The notes beneath the pieces are model-generated. The model searched no databases and had not been told where the DNA came from. It saw nothing but the letters and a program-made list of their open reading frames with translations. Positions 13,206 through 28,857 of a DNA stretch of 64,000 bases are shown here, piece after piece. Within the stretch, counting starts at the first letter, position 1. Each line of letters starts with the position of its first letter. The stretch spans positions 62,001 to 126,000 of the forward strand of contig KZ538012.1 in assembly GCA_000934665.2 (NCBI GenBank), given 5' to 3'. Position numbers and translations under genes: made by a program. This stretch comes from Catajapyx aquilonaris (Eukaryota).

Positions 13206-16200
13206 TTTAAATAATTATGTTTATTCAGCAACTACAGGCTATGTACATATAATATGGACGGTTTCTTAACTAGGCCAATCAGTGTTAAAAATAAAAGTTT
13301 AAAGTCTTGTGCGGTGCTCATAATGGTTTGGCAAATACGGATGTTTGACCTGAGTCCTCTCCTAGATCGATCTTGTTGGGGCATGGAGTCACACACTCTC
13401 TCTTCCAGAAACTGGCTTGCTAGCAAACACCAAATAATTTATATACCGTATACTTTTTATACCACAACGCAATAATGACATACCTCCAGTGATTGTAATT
13501 ATTGCATATTGCAGACTAGTTAGACTATCATTGCACATGCCTATTGTTTCTGCTTTGCCTCAGTTGTTAACTGTCGGCTGAACGGTGCTCATAATTGTCA
13601 AAAAGTCTGTGAATCATAATTTTAATGAACGTTACGGTAGCAGTATACTGCATAACGGGTAACTATTATTGCGGACATTTTTTTTGTGTAAGTTACATAC
13701 TGTGTTACTATACCTGCGACCAATACTTCCGTCTAAGTGCCTCACGTGTGGCAAATGAGGAATGTGTGCCGCAGGATACACGAAAGCACCATTGACCGAA
13801 ATATTTGGGCTACATTCCACACTGTAGATTTAAATGTAATCCATGGGCCCTTACATATATACTGTATATGTTTTCTGTTTGTAAGAAACATGGCTAAAAA
13901 GCGACTTGCAGTACCAGAGGCTGAAATGTCATTCGCCTGGAGGAAAGGCGGCGTCGATTTTTTATGTGTTTTTTTTTGTATGCGGCTTGACTACAGTTCC
14001 CGAATTTGAGTTGAGAGTTGTTTCTTTGGACAATATCCAAGTAGAATACGTGTTACAATGTTGAGATGACATCCAGAAAGGGTCTCCCAATGATATTGCA
14101 TCAGTTAAATGGCTTCATTCACAGCCATGTATTTAACTCAGTTTGTTATGTCATGATTTCATAATAGAGCTGAGAATTGGTATCGTTAACTGGCGAAGCA
14201 CACACATATCATGACTGAATGATTGAAATTTTTTATAGTACAAAATAAACATGGGCTCTACTGCAGTATAATAGTGGTCAAATATTGTATAAACATGAAA
14301 CGTTCTGATCAAACTGAATTCGCTCAATTAATCCAAATACGCCCCTAGCATACAAAGGTGATGCAAGAATGGCTTGTGTTGACCTCTTTTAAACTTGGGC
14401 TTGTTAGCATAAGCATAAAATACACTCCGGAGTACTAATGGGGATTTGTGTAACATATAACATTTGCTGCGGAACGACTTAAGGGAATTAAGGTTTTGCT
14501 TGAAGAAGCTTATTATAAAAGAAAATATTTATGTGCAATCCAAAATTTACGACCTTTAGCAAGCCTATAACGTAACTTTTGCAACATTCAAACTGCGGTA
14601 AAAGTCTTTGTACTGAAGTAACCTACATTGTGTAGCACTGTACTGGCTTCTTTATTTTAAAAACATTGCATGCCATTCTATAAGGTTTGGAATGTTGTTT
14701 TCAAAATGACTGTTGAAATTTGTTCCTGGAATGTGTTGACGAATTTATAATTCTTGCGAAATACAACCATAATTTTGGCAAATGAGGTTAGCAATCAACT
14801 CACTACTTTAGATGTGTTTCATACTACTTTACTAACTGGTTCACTCTCCCCGACAAATTAAATGCAGAGGTCACCAAGGACAATTAATATTTCAGTGCAA
14901 TATTAGAGCTAGCTTAAAACACCAGATTATTTTATTCTTTTTCGTCCTTTGGCAGACATAAGAGTGCAAATCTGCCCGGGCATGATGTCAGTAGATAAGC
15001 TAAAATGACTTGACCAGGCGAATATGAAGTGCTGGTGATGGGAAATAGGACCAGAAATTTCCCTCTTGACTGTGGCCTGTTGGCTTAGCCACTAGACTAA
15101 CGTGCTCCCTATTAATTTTAATTAGAAGAGTCATTCTAGTCGCAAAGGTTGTCATTTGATAGTGACGCTGACTTTAAAACATGATATTAAGAATTTGTAT
15201 CGCGTCAGCTTTTTCAACCTTGTTGGTTTTATGTTGGATTGAGTATGCTTAAATTCATGTTGTAAAAAAAACTTGCTTTCTGTGTCACTGTACCTGATTA
15301 TACTGTAGCTTTTAAAACTAACCTCGGAAATAATTAGTTAAACCAATATTTTTATTACGAACTACAGCACGCGATTTCCCTCATTTGTGATTGATGTATT
15401 AAAAGCATGATGTTCTGACCATTCATAGAGGCGCGATCTGGGCAAGTTAGCAAAGTTAGGCTTATGTTGTTACTATACTGATGTCTCCAATTAACGTGGA
15501 ATTTAGTTTCTATTAAAATATATTCTCAAAGGTAACTTATTATGTACTAAAAGTTTGATTTCTCCCACCTTTTTGGGTTATTTTTGTTCGCATTTCTCAT
15601 ACTCCTATAAGTGCGGTTTTTGACATTATATTTTAAGTGGTGCAAGTCGGGCAAAAGGGAAGGGAGTTTTTGTTCACCCTATAGGCTATATCTGATGTAA
15701 TATCTAAGGTTCTGTACACTACCGCTACGCTATAGGAAACTTACAAAAGAAGCTATGGTGGGTATTTTGGTCTCGGACTGTGAAACTCGATTCATTAAAG
15801 AGACACTGCTGTATATTGAAGATTGGACTTTAAGATTCAAGCACATAAAATATAGATTTCGGGGATTTAATGTTGTTTTTAAAAGGGTCAACTTAAGCTC
15901 TGAGGTCAAAGTCGTCTGGAAAGCATCATCAGTTTGTTGGTTACACAATGAGTGGATTTGCATAAAAATATTGTGGCTACGGCCATTTTTTGGTGTGGTT
16001 CTCTGCCTAAGATAAAAAGTTTACACGTAATTCCTTGAATGTACTGTATGCTTGTGAGACTTTCTGACAAGAATGGATAGTTATTATTCTAAGAAATATT
16101 TGGTGCATAAGCATTCAAGTATGCATCCTGTTTTCTTAAAAATAAATCGATTCACGGTATTGTATGAAATCCTTCCAAGTATATACGACAACTCCAGCGT

Positions 16201-18095
16201 TTTTATATCTTATCCATATTTTCTATAAACCGCAGAGTTACACAATGAAAGAGCCGTCGCACTTTTAACAGGCACATCAGTCAATAGAGAGAACATAACT
16301 AATATCAGTGGAAAACTTATTATCTTACTGTACATTTTGTGGAAAAGCAGGCAAGATCAGTATAGCCTAATTTTGACTGTACTCAACAGAATATTTCAAT
16401 TGTTTCTTACTGATTTATTTTGTTTTGCCAGTGTTTATAATGCATGTCTATAGCATTATCTTCTCCTGTGACTTGTTATGTGTAGTGAAATTATCATGAA
16501 CTTTAATCCGCCAGTGTCTAGTTCAGACAGCTCATTTTACAACCCACATGTCAACCTCTCAGTTTAATACAGCCTAATAAGGAAAACTTTTTGCTCTAAT
16601 GCTCTACTAAATAATGGTGTGCCCCACTGCGTAAAAGAACCATGCTAAACATGAAATTGGCAATTTATTCATTTTGAAGACATGCTTAATGTTCATGAAA
16701 TATACTTTGAAAGTGCACTTTAGTGTGCTCTAATGTTAGCCTTCAGGATAAAATATATGCGTTCAAACAAGCCGTTACGGAAAGTCAAACACACTCAAGC
16801 TATACTATGAAGTTCTGCCAACTTTGTACAGTACCATACGCAAAATGGCCTTACACATTGACTGTATCATATAAATACTTGATTACTTGAGCTGGTATAT
16901 AAAATCAACATTTTTTGAGTGAAGAAAACAGAGTCGATATTCGCTAGTGGTGGGAACGACTGCTGCTCGACCTTTGAAAACACCTATATTCAGGGTCACA
17001 CGTGAACTGCTTATTTGGATCGATGGTCTCTGCCCACCTTCCTCTGCACTAGGTACATATCGTACTTGCAGCCAGAAAATTCTCTCGACTAAAGTCCCTC
17101 GTGTGCCTTCCCATGCAGGCTGATGCACACATTCATTGCATGACTAGATGTCTGAGTCCCAATCTCAGGAACAGTTTTTCCCTTCTCCTGTGGGTCCCCT
17201 GTACATACTCTGCGGGCCTTCGCCAACTGCTTACTCTTTTATGTGCTGGGAGATAAATGGGAATAATAAAAGGCTGGCAAGCCGATAAGGCCTCTCACCT
17301 CCACCAAACCGCCCAGATAAGATCAGCTCCCAGAAGTTTTGTGGAGCTATGTATCGATCAGGGGACCTATCTCGAAAAGGTGAAGCAGGTCAAGATGAGG
17401 TGCCACCGCCTTACAACTTATACTTTCCTCCTACTGATTAGCAGACTAATTAATTTGATCTAAGGGTCAGATTTTTTTTCGGTCCAACTACTGCAATTTA
17501 AAGTTTGCAGACTTGCTTTGTACTAGGGATGAAGTGAGAGCATAACAGGATCATTCGTATGCAGCGTATGATGTGCAAATGTTCACACGTGCATGTAACT
17601 ACGGCAATTTCCCAACTTGTATTATCTCGTTGTTTGGACTAAATAGGACCCGAGGAGGTTAATAATTTACCGAGATATAGTTCAACTTTATTCACCTCCA
17701 CACTTACAACACGTTGCTTGGAGGGATATCTCGGCAGGGTGCAAGATTGCGCCAGACGTAAGTGACCTTTCGAAATTCTAGGAGCAAATAACCCGAGTTA
17801 ATTTTAAATTCTTCAATGTCAATATATTGGATATATTTTCATATCGGGAGACCGAATGTGGCAGGGATAGGGGCACGCTGTACCAACCTACCCCAGCTAC
17901 TTTCCTTCCTGGCGGATACACACCTATACTCCCGATTTGAAAATATATCCAATTGATCCAATTGATCCTATTTAGGCGGCGGATACACACCTATATACAC
18001 TTCAGCGGATCCACGCCTATCTTTCAGCAGATATAAACAAGAGGTAAAAGTGCGGGGTTTCCCGATATGAAAGTGTAGCCTATCAATAATGATGC

Positions 18096-18096
<1 letters not shown>

Positions 18097-18170
<74 letters not shown>

Positions 18171-18189
18171 CGTCATCATCATCATCATC
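18097..18189. repeat. (ATT)n then (CAT)n microsatellite
   Basis: Read directly. Confidence 0.97.
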
Positions 18190-19114
18190 AATATTTTGCC
18201 AGATTTTGTGAAGTTGAGCAACAAGTTTCTTGCCGGAAAATATATTATTGGGAATAGGCTATAGCGCAGGGGTGGGCCCATCTGGTGAAGTGGAAAATGC
18301 GTAGGAATGAAAGTCAATTCCGAGCCAATTGTCAAACTCTGGAAGTTAATTCGAGTGCACTGTGTCAAGACAGATGGGGGATCTTTGATCCCTCTTGCGG
18401 AGTCATCTGTTCATTCTATTTTCTTAGAACTCCAACAGAAAAGGGACGGCTATTAGCAGCCAAGATCCGATAGTCGTGCTGACAAGCTAGGGCCAATTTC
18501 CCGCAATTTTGTCCCACTCTTCAGCTTCCCTTTGGCCTCCAATTGATGCATCACCTTTCCATTGGCCCGCGATCAACTAAATGGACCTCATCCCTCCAGG
18601 GACCTATTTGAAACTCCCAGCAAGTGGAACCTTTCGTGTGTTTCTATCGCTACATATAGACTCCTTTTGCTATACTACTACTCGTAAAACAAATTAATGT
18701 AATGTTCCGAAATGATCTCCTAGAGTGCTTTCTCACTTTGAGTGTCACTCTCATGTGTCGAATCTAACGTTATTGACTTGAGGGGGGGGGGGGGGGNGGG
18801 GATGTCTTGTGATGGCCAATATGGCTGCTTGTCTTGCGGGTTAGCTGTACTTTTAGGCGCTTCAGTTTCTCTTCTGGGTTTCATGCGGATTTTCCCAACG
18901 TTAAAAGGTTACTGGAGAGGATGTTGAAGGGCATGCATTGATTTCCCATTATCCGTCAGCTTGGCGTGCTGAAGTGGGGGGAGGTGAGAAGAGGGATTTT
19001 TTTTCTGGGTGGAGGGAGGTGGGGAGGAAAATGAAAACTGGAGGAGAAATGTTGAGGGTAAAGATTGACAGAGAGGATTATGCTCCTTTCACACATTTTT
19101 AATAACAGTTCTGT

Positions 19115-19157
19115 CAGTGACGTAGCGTTCGGGGGGNGGGGGTTGGCTACGTCACTG
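19115..19157. mobile_element. Minimal hAT-like MITE (interior probably collapsed)
   Basis: AGTTCTGT|CAGTGACGTAGC...GCTACGTCACTG|AGTTCTGT; the internal G-run contains an N. Confidence 0.8.
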
Positions 19158-20628
19158 AGTTCTGTCCTGGTAATGTAAAAAAAAAAAGTGCTCCATGGGG
19201 CTGTGACAGTCTACTAGAACACTAATACCAATTGTTGATATTGTGACAAACATATAGTTATTAATTGGTTAAATGAGGAAGAATTTATCGTTGCTTTGTT
19301 TGTTGTTGCATGCATGGTTGAATGGGTTAGAGGCGTCGGTACATTTTAATTCTGTTTGTAGCCAAGGCAGCCTTGATAGTTATTAAGAGTAACAAACATG
19401 ATTGCAGCCGTTGTGGCGTTAATTATTCCCATGTAAATGCGGAGACGACAGACACATTTGCATATACAACGAGATGGTGTTAAATTTGCTTTTGCATGGC
19501 GTCAGAAGAAAGGGGTATAGAGGTTGGTGGCCATCGATTGCCCTTGGTACTCCTCTCCCCTTCACAGAAATGTAACTCTTCCTTTGACCCCTTTTCCCAA
19601 TAGAACCTTCAAACTTTTAGTGACTTCCAAAATCTAGCCATTATGACGGTAGTTCATGTACGACTCTGGGGATTTGACATTTGCAGTGGGACAAGATCGA
19701 AAATTGACTGTCTGGATAAATTACTGCCGCGTCTTCAAATCGCGATGGGATTCCCCTGGAATCCTCTTTTGGTCATCTGGTCAACTGACGGAATCTTCAT
19801 CGACATAAGAAGGCAAGGAGGGAGGAAAGGAAAAGAGGATTGTTTGCCATGTTTCTTCCTTGCTTCCGTCCTTCTTCCTTGGGATAGTGCAAAGATCTGG
19901 AGGGCCGCGCAAGCGTACTTACCGATGCCAATTGATTACATGTCGCCGGAGACGAATGGAGGGCCCCAAATAGCTCTGGAAGGCAGCCAGGACGCCCTCT
20001 CAACCCCCTTTCTATTTTGCCCCTAAGCAGCTAATCCTTTCTTCGACAACAATGCCCCGGTCTCTGACAAGCGCTCCTATCCGAATTTTACTCCGCCTGA
20101 AAAATTACTCTCCGGTAGCTTTGCAGGCACTTCCTCAAAATATTTTCTTCTTTTTATTAATTTTTTATATATAGTAGATGCCTGGTCTTCATGTTGAAAA
20201 AGCCTGTAAGACGCGCATTGTCATACTGTCTTCCTGCCTCAGGAAGTCCTCAGCAGCCGACCGGAAAAGCACTTCTTGCGACTAGAAATTATTTCTTTAT
20301 GATGGCTGATGCATCTTTTCAGCTCAGAGAGCGGGACTTTTTTTTTTTTTAGGTCTGTGATTTGCGCCTCACAACCTGAGTATACAGTATATATGAGTCT
20401 AGTTGAAAAATGAGCTTTTGCTCATTTTTGAAATTGACTTCTAAGATGCCAGCGTGGGCTGTCACCAGGCACAGTATGAAGGATTACAAGGGATTGAGCC
20501 AAATACGTTCGCTTAGCCCTCTGGACTAATCTATTCGGTATACAGTGCACAATGATGGTAAAACATTTGCATGGCATTTTGTTACTAGGCCATTTTCAGA
20601 ACTATGGTTACTCTATCCGCGTGGACTA

Positions 20629-20815
20629 CACTCTTAACCATTTACCTTCTCTAGAGAGGGTAAAAAAGAGGCCCCTTTTTTACCTTCTATTTTCTAAGGT
20701 AATACATGCAAAATTTACCTTAGAATCAATTTACCCAAGAATATTTACCCTACAATGTAAGGTAAAAAATGGCCACTTTCTTACCCTCTCTAGAGAAGGT
20801 AAATGGTTAAGAGTG
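20629..20815. mobile_element. MITE with near-perfect long TIRs and TA flanks
   Basis: TA|CACTCTTAACCATTTACCTTCTCTAGAGAGGGTAA...TTACCCTCTCTAGAGAAGGTAAATGGTTAAGAGTG|TA; internal TTTACC repeats. Confidence 0.88.
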
Positions 20816-23055
20816 TATGGTCGCATCTCATTTTGTTTGTCTTCTGTGATGAGGAGTGAGGCAGTGGTACGTGGGCTTCAATTATTTTGGTAGTAGGTCA
20901 CTTATTAATAGTATTTTTAAAAATTGTTATTGTTTTTCTGTTTGGGAATTCACTACAGGAAGGCTAACAGTGGCTATAAACTGAGCTTGCTTCGCTTCTG
21001 GGTGCTTAGAAACTTTGGCGAGGCTATAAGGGTAAATGGAGACGAATGTATAGAACGATTCAGTGAACGCACGCCAAATTGTTAAATACACTGTGACTGT
21101 CACAGCTTATGGAATTTAGTTGTTTGAATAGAGTTACAGCTACCAGTAGGCCATGTTTCATATAATCATTTTCCGTAAGTATTCCGTTGCTTTCTGGCTT
21201 ATTCAATACCAACCTATAGCATAACCATAAGAATTAGAGCAACTTAGATTCGTTGCATAGGCCTTAGTTCGTCTCCACGTCATGGAGGCCTTTTGACTCT
21301 CGAGCCTAAAAAGCACATCTCAGGTAAGCTATACTTTTGCATATATACAATGTTGCATTATGAAAATGTGATATAAAATATATTTTTTCATTTGAGAATC
21401 CGTGAGCCTTTGTTTTGGAATACTTTGCTAAAAATCAACAAGATGCAAGCCTGTTCCAAAATGAGGTTCCTATGTTTAAAAAACAAGTGAAGTAATATAT
21501 TGCTAGTGTTCTTTTTGCAACTGAAGTACCGTATTAAGTGTACACTCAAATAATTCTTACTACATAATATACAGCACAGTAAAGAAACGTGTATACTTAG
21601 TAGTGTATACCATTCTTTTCTTCCCCCAGGGGACCTACAGGACGTGTGTATAAGCAACATTTCTGCCGATACTAATGTCAGATTAATTATGAAACACATG
21701 GTATACCGCAGGAGTCACTTGCTTCCAAGCACATACTGGCATTGGTTTTTAGTTTACACAGTTTGATGGTGAAGCACTCTAATGAGTTATCAGGTTTTTT
21801 GGTGACCTAAACTAGTAGATGGTCGAATTTGCAAAACGCGGTGTGGGGGCGGCGTAGGTATCAGCGGGGAATATCTCGGTGGGAATCCAACTGTGGCCAA
21901 CCAAAATAACCCAAGGGCGGGTCTTGTGAACCCGCCAATTGCGTCGGCCAGTCCTGGTCAAAGTGCGGAATTCACGTAATCATCTGGTTCCGGTTTGTCA
22001 ACTAGAAAGTTTGGACTCGTGATGAGTGGTTCCACTGAATTGTTTGTGTATGCGAAAGTGCAGGTCACGAGAGCGGAATTTCCTGTGCTCCGGCATAGAT
22101 TCCGAGAGCAATGAAATATTATTTGGGTGGAGGCAAGCACAGAGTGTTTATTTCCATGAAGGGGTGGACCATATACCAATTATTATCGTTACACTACTCG
22201 AAACAAGTAGACCAACATTTGTATGATTTTTTGAGGCTGTATACAGCGACCTAATTTACGAAAGTTTCTGTATCAATATCATTTACTATATTGGGTACTT
22301 AAGTCAAAACTAGTCAAAACCTTCACTTTGCTAGAGTGCTGATGGTTGTACAGTTTAATATTGCACGGTGATGCCTATATTTTTAAATGAAAAAGGCAAG
22401 GTCGCCGAAAGGGATACATACCTCCCAGGATATTTCATATTTTGTGCTTGAAGAACATTATCTCGGTAACGAGGTGGAAAGGATCAAATGACCCCTTACA
22501 TCAAGTGCTCCTCTGGTGCCAAGGAGTCCATCCTAGATGTTTGACCTTTATGAAACTCACTGCAGGACATTAAAATGTGTCTTGGTAAAATTCATGTACC
22601 ATGGCCAAGCATTTCGAACAAAATTAGAAGTTCACGAGGGGTCATCAGAATTGTTCAGGCTGAACCATTCTGATGACCCTCATGAGCTTCCTTTTCACCT
22701 CTTTTATCTGCAACACAAACTTGCTGAATTAATATGCACACAGATATTGACAGGCAGCTCCTGGGTTCGTGCTATGGGTCCAGATAGTTACGCTGTTGAC
22801 GTGTAGTCAGTCATAGAGATCCTCTCACTGGAATTACCTGTCCACAACTGTTATGCCTTCGTTACATTCAGGTGTTTTGTTTCCATATTCTACGAAAGAC
22901 TTGAGACGGTACGAAGCTTGCTGTTCCCTTAGGCTGGGTTGCTATGTGGTGGGGAGCTGATAGTGCCAGGAATGCGCTCTAGGGTTACCAGATTAGCGTT
23001 CCTTTCTTGATGTCTGTTTGTATCCGTGCTTTCACTGCCAACATTCCGTGAAGAG

Positions 23056-23399
23056 GGAGGCATGGTGGTCTAGTGGCTACGCCGCTGGCCAGCCAAGCGG
23101 GAGGCCGGGGTTCAAATCCCGTCCCCGTCACCTCTGCTTGGCCGGGTCTTTTTCCGCTTTTCACCCGACATGCCGGAGCAGAATTGCACTCCCTTCTCTG
23201 CTCGGGGCCAGGAGAAAAGGTCTGGTGTTTAAGAGGGTCTGCAATGACTAGAAACTACATGAGAGCGCCCTCCCTTGGGAAGCTACCCTTCCCCATACGC
23301 CCGTGGACCAGGGCGTTGCGACGAAAAAAAAACTGTATGTAAAAATTGCAAAATAAATAAAGGTCCGTGCAATACCTCGAATGAGGTCCGCACTACCCA

Positions 23400-23456
<57 letters not shown>
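23056..23456 (+). mobile_element. Full-length tRNA-derived SINE with (TTA)n tail
   Basis: A box TGGTCTAGTGG, B box GGTTCAAATCC, 16-bp TSD AACATTCCGTGAAGAG at 23040-23055 and 23457-23472. Confidence 0.92.
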
Positions 23457-23459
<3 letters not shown>

Positions 23460-23624
23460 ATTCCGTGAAGAGAGGGTGAGATATTAAGTGTAGAGACAAA
23501 TTATTCTAGTCATTAAGGAGGTGTTCCACGACGGAGGGCATCGTGGCGCGTTGTTAGGCATTTTAAAAAAGATTATAGTTTATTACTAATATAATGGCAT
23601 GTACACTTATTAGTGAAACATAAG

Positions 23625-24060
<436 letters not shown>

Positions 24061-25141
24061 ACCAGTAAAATGTATCTATATTTTTGTGACTTTCTAAAAA
24101 CTCCCATCTTCTTAATGGAGAGCCCGCAATATTGATATGACGTAGGAAGGACAATTTTTTGCTATTTTTAGTGTAAACCGTTCGGTTTTTGCCAAGGATG
24201 TCTCTGAGTCGTCTGATTGTAGTTATTCTACTCATTAGCAGGAATTTATTTATTATATGGGATATTATACTGGCGATTGTCAGTAGCGTAGCCGCAAGAG
24301 CATTTAAAGCTTCTATCCACTTTATTTGGTATGCTATTACTGTTATTTGCATTCCCAAGATTATACGGGGTGATTTATTATGCATGAAATGCAACCCACA
24401 CGCATATTTGGCTGTAAATCGTGAGTGGGTGGACAAAATGTGATAATACTGAATGCACACATTCCTTATTACATATACTTAACAAGCTAATGACACGTCG
24501 TGTGCTGAAAGTGATAGCATTGCTTTGACAAGTTCATCTGGATGTCGTTGATCGCAGACGCCGAAATCATAAAAACTGCTGTCACTGTCTGACCTCAGTC
24601 GTTAAGTTTTCTTTCAACGAATCAATCCCTCCATGGTTTGTTGCGCAAAACTGTTTTGTTCATGACGTTGACCCCCTAAAGAATAAAAAGGTGAGGGGTT
24701 ATAATCAATCTACCATGGTATGAACATTGATTATTGGAAATTACTCGATCCTCTAAGAAACTTATCGCCCTCAGTTTAGTTGGGACCTTTACGTCAATTC
24801 CCTGTTGCATGGTAAATACCTAGGGTAAATACGGCAAGAAGATTACCCTGAGCGATGCACCAATGACAGGCGACCACTAAAACCTTCCACTTGACGTGTA
24901 GACGAGGTAAATAACGCACGACTAGCATAACATGATCTACTGAAAAAATAATTCAATCCAATTTTTGTCGACATGGATTCCAGTCAAATAATTATATGGG
25001 TTTCATTTTATATGAATCACCCTGTATCTCATCATTTACATTTCACATAGTTACAAGTGCCTGATCCCGATTGATTTAATATTATCATGTTGGTATGAAT
25101 ATAGTCGACAGTGCTGTCATATTCTCACGTAATGATGGGGG

Positions 25142-25153
25142 NNNNNNNNNNNN
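25142..25153. other. Assembly gap
   Basis: N run next to a G-run. Confidence 0.99.
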
Positions 25154-28100
25154 GGAGCGTAAGTTACGACATGCAATTTCATGATTTATAACTGTGAATG
25201 TACAGCGATAATCTCTGACCTACATTGAGATATCTTGCAATATGGAACGGTTGACACTAATTTGTTAGTAAGCTAATGGTCATGACGGTGATAGTATCTA
25301 CCAAGAGAGTTGCTATCGAATAATGTGGAATTATTGCTGCATGATTTTACCTATATAGGTTCTTGAAAACATTTTTCTTGACTCTTAAGATGGTGATATA
25401 TTAGACTCACAAGTTATAGTCATCCTATACCTGTACTAGCAGTGTTTTAACATATGATATGAATGTTAACGTGAGTGGTCAATAATTCCGCCTGTAAATG
25501 AAGTTAATTATGTGACCCTGCAATTTAGTGAACCAAAAGCCGCATGAAAAACAAAAATGAGATCACATGTTATGGGGATTAGTGAAGTGGGTTGGCCTAG
25601 ATGAATAATTAATATCGGTATGGCTGACTACATCGGTAGGAGGAACGAGATGGGCTCATTTGGGAATAACCAGGAGCCCAAACCAATCGGAAATAATGTC
25701 GCTGGTGAAGCCCCCAACTGAGTTGATTTTATTTCCCAGGCATGGGCAGGTGTAGTACAGTGTATACCGTGAAGCGCGTAAATTCGGATTTCCTCATGGG
25801 AGACTTGCTTTATGGGGACACCTCAGAGAGCACGTGCTCCTCTTTCTTCCAGGAGATTGCCCGGATTTCATTCTGGAGGGCATAAAGCGCTGCCTACATG
25901 GCTTTCTCATTGGCTGTTGGCTTTCCTTCCGAGCGGAAAATGCCAGCAAATGTTGCTTCGAAGGAACCTTGATCTTTTTCGCCTGAAAATTTTCGTCAAG
26001 TCTTTGCCTGCCTGCCTGCCTGCCTTCACGTGCCAACTGCCGCAACCGACTGGATTCCCTTTTGCTCTTGACGGAAATTTATTGCAGGATTTGCCCTCAA
26101 ATTCGTAAACTTTTATTGCGAATCTTTGTAAGAAATCTTTTATGGTTACTGCGTACTTCTTCAGCATCTAGCGTTACAGTGGTCTAAATTGCAGGGCGTC
26201 GTAAAGGCCTGCTCTTTGAATTAACACGATATGAGTTATTTATTGCTGACCTCAATATGCAGTGTGTTAATAGCACCTCCACCCCCTTGTAGATATTTTT
26301 GCCAGAATTTGTCACATTGACATTTTTGTGTCATGCAATTTTCTTATAAGGAAGTTCCTCCTAGGCGGCAGACGTCCCCGTAAGGCTACAGAGACGCATG
26401 GGTTTCTTTCTGTATCCTTAGGATAAACGTGTCACTTCCCGTACCTCGTCAAGGTCGTCGACAAGTTGAAAAGTGCTCTCAGGCAGGCTTTACAACTCCA
26501 GAAGCCAGATCAGATGGAAAATATCGGAAAAACGACATTCACTCCTGAAATAAGCCACATACCATGTCCGTCAGCAATTCACTCAGACTGACAAAGTAGC
26601 TAGATAAGGAGAGGCTTCTGCTTTCGATTTGCATTCCCTTCTTCAAGGGTTCCTTCCAGCTATTCCTATTTCAACTATAGCATTTTCATGCAATATTTCA
26701 GGTCATTTGGGAACCGCGTTCTAATCACTGGTAGTGCACTGTGTGTTATTTCGAAATTACACCTGCTGTGGTCGATACCCACAGGCGACGTACTATGATT
26801 TTCATTACTCTCAGAACGTTGCTATTAGTACAATCTCTTAATACACATTGCGTGAGCTGTACGTGGAAAAAAATGACACTATACGAAAGTCTTATAGTAA
26901 AAAGGGGGTGTCTAAAATTCGATTAATCATTAGGTCGTTAGGTAATGGAAATCATCAGTGTATAGTACCTGACAACAGGTGTGGAAGCTCTTCAAATATC
27001 TATATATTGATGAAATCGGTCATTTGTCAAGAGTAAAAGCGTCGACGCCTCCCGTGAACCATAAGTTGAACCTTTGGGCTTAGGGCCAATGGGAACAATA
27101 TATTAGAAAGGCAAGAAATATTCAAGCTCCATATAAAAATAAAACGAGGCTGTTAATCCCCGTCGGGAATTATTGTTACTTCGATTTGCGTGCTACGCCT
27201 TTTGTAGAGGGGGGGTCTCATTACTTTGTGTAGGTGACAAGGGGAAGCACGCTACCTCACTGGCCTTGGTTCAATCCCAAGAAAGGCTAAGGTCGACTCA
27301 GTTTATTTTGAGGGCGTGTAAAGATGAAGAAAACATTTTTGTCCACCCTGATTAATATTGAGTAAGTGATTGCTTCTAGTCTATATTCCCACGTGGCATT
27401 TAGGTAACTCACAAAAGCTCTTCGATTCCATATGTCCCACTCACTCACCCGCCAAATTCTAGAAGAGAAAATGTGGTGACGTCAGTGACGCCTTTCCTCT
27501 TTCCACGGATGACCTAATCCTGGATCCGGGAGGCTGAGCATTCAGTGAGCAATCTCATCTCCCGGAGTCTCAGCTGACACGCCCTTTTATTGCCTGCTGG
27601 GATGGAGAGGGAAGAAGGAAGGGTTGGGTGGGTGGGATGGGAAGGATTCGCTATTTTTTTGGTAGAAAAACCTTTAAAAAAAAGATGGTTAGCTTGGAAC
27701 AGTTTTTGGTGCCTCAAGGGTCAAGGTCTGATGTTTTTCACCTGACATTTTGCAGGCCCCATTTTCCCTTAATGGAATATGTGTTTGCGAAATCTCTTAG
27801 TGCCATTTACAGAGTTCCGGTGCCATGGGGACGTGCATTTTTTGGAATGAGTCTCTTGCATCGGCTGACGGGGCATGTGGATCCTCCACACACAAAAAAA
27901 CAGTCAACCAGTTTTCCTGGCAGTTTCTTGTTTAAACACACTGCTGGAAATGGAATACCTCGTAAGCCACAAAATGCACATTTTAGCAAGGAATGTCATT
28001 ACATGCTAAAATATTACATGACATTGCAAGTAATTTTGATCCTTAAACAAGGACTGTATCGGAAAGCAATGTTTGCACAATTTTTTGTCATTTTCACAAC

Positions 28101-28857
28101 CCGTACGTTAAGAAAAGAAGCTTTACACCGAGAAAAGCACTACTTTTAATTCCTTTATCTGAGGTCTGACAGGGCATGAAATATTCAGGCTCATTTTGCA
28201 AGGAACTGAGCCCAGAAAGATTGCACCCGGACATAATAAATACGCTCAGTCTTCCATTAATTAAGCTGCAGGGTAGCGGAAATCTCACGTTACAAAAGGA
28301 GTGGCTGGGGTTTCTTCGCCTCCCTGTTGTTGCAGCAGAGTTTGCCTCTAGGAGATAAAGGCGTTTGGATGCGAGCGAGGCAATCTGACGGTTGAAATGG
28401 GACTTGTTTTGGGGGGGGGGGGGGNGGAGATAGAGGGGAATCGGAGAGGAACTCTCCAGGGCGGCTTTTGTTTGGCCTGGACCCAACTTGGGGCCTATAA
28501 GACCCACTTGTCTGGATCACAAGAGGTGGATGGAGAGAGCTCTTTTTTTTTTTTAAGTGGATGGTGCTGGATGACTGTTCTAGTTGACTGTTCCGGATGG
28601 ACTGAATCACTGGGTCGCTTCCGTTTTATTCATTGTCGATTTCCTCTATTCCTGCCTATGACAATTATTGGGCTTCTATTCATGGCTGGGTCTCGACTAA
28701 TCGTCTCTTTTGAGTAACCTGTACTAGTGCAATTGCATGGATTGTGATGGTTGAAGTGTCTGTGGTGTGTAGCATTTTCTCTGCAGCATAAAGATGGCAA
28801 TTGACTATACCCACGAAGACAATCCACTAAGCATCTGGCATTTAAAAAAATCTTCAT

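Noticed and set aside
17095..17295. RNase H-like words (VPSHAG, LWVP)
   Set aside because: Scattered across frames and out of order; not supportable without a search.
18024..18368. ORF with poly-Ile/Met
   Set aside because: Microsatellite translation.
27628..28149. 173-aa ORF; likewise 45940..46413
   Set aside because: No recognisable domain or splice context; likely chance intronic ORFs.
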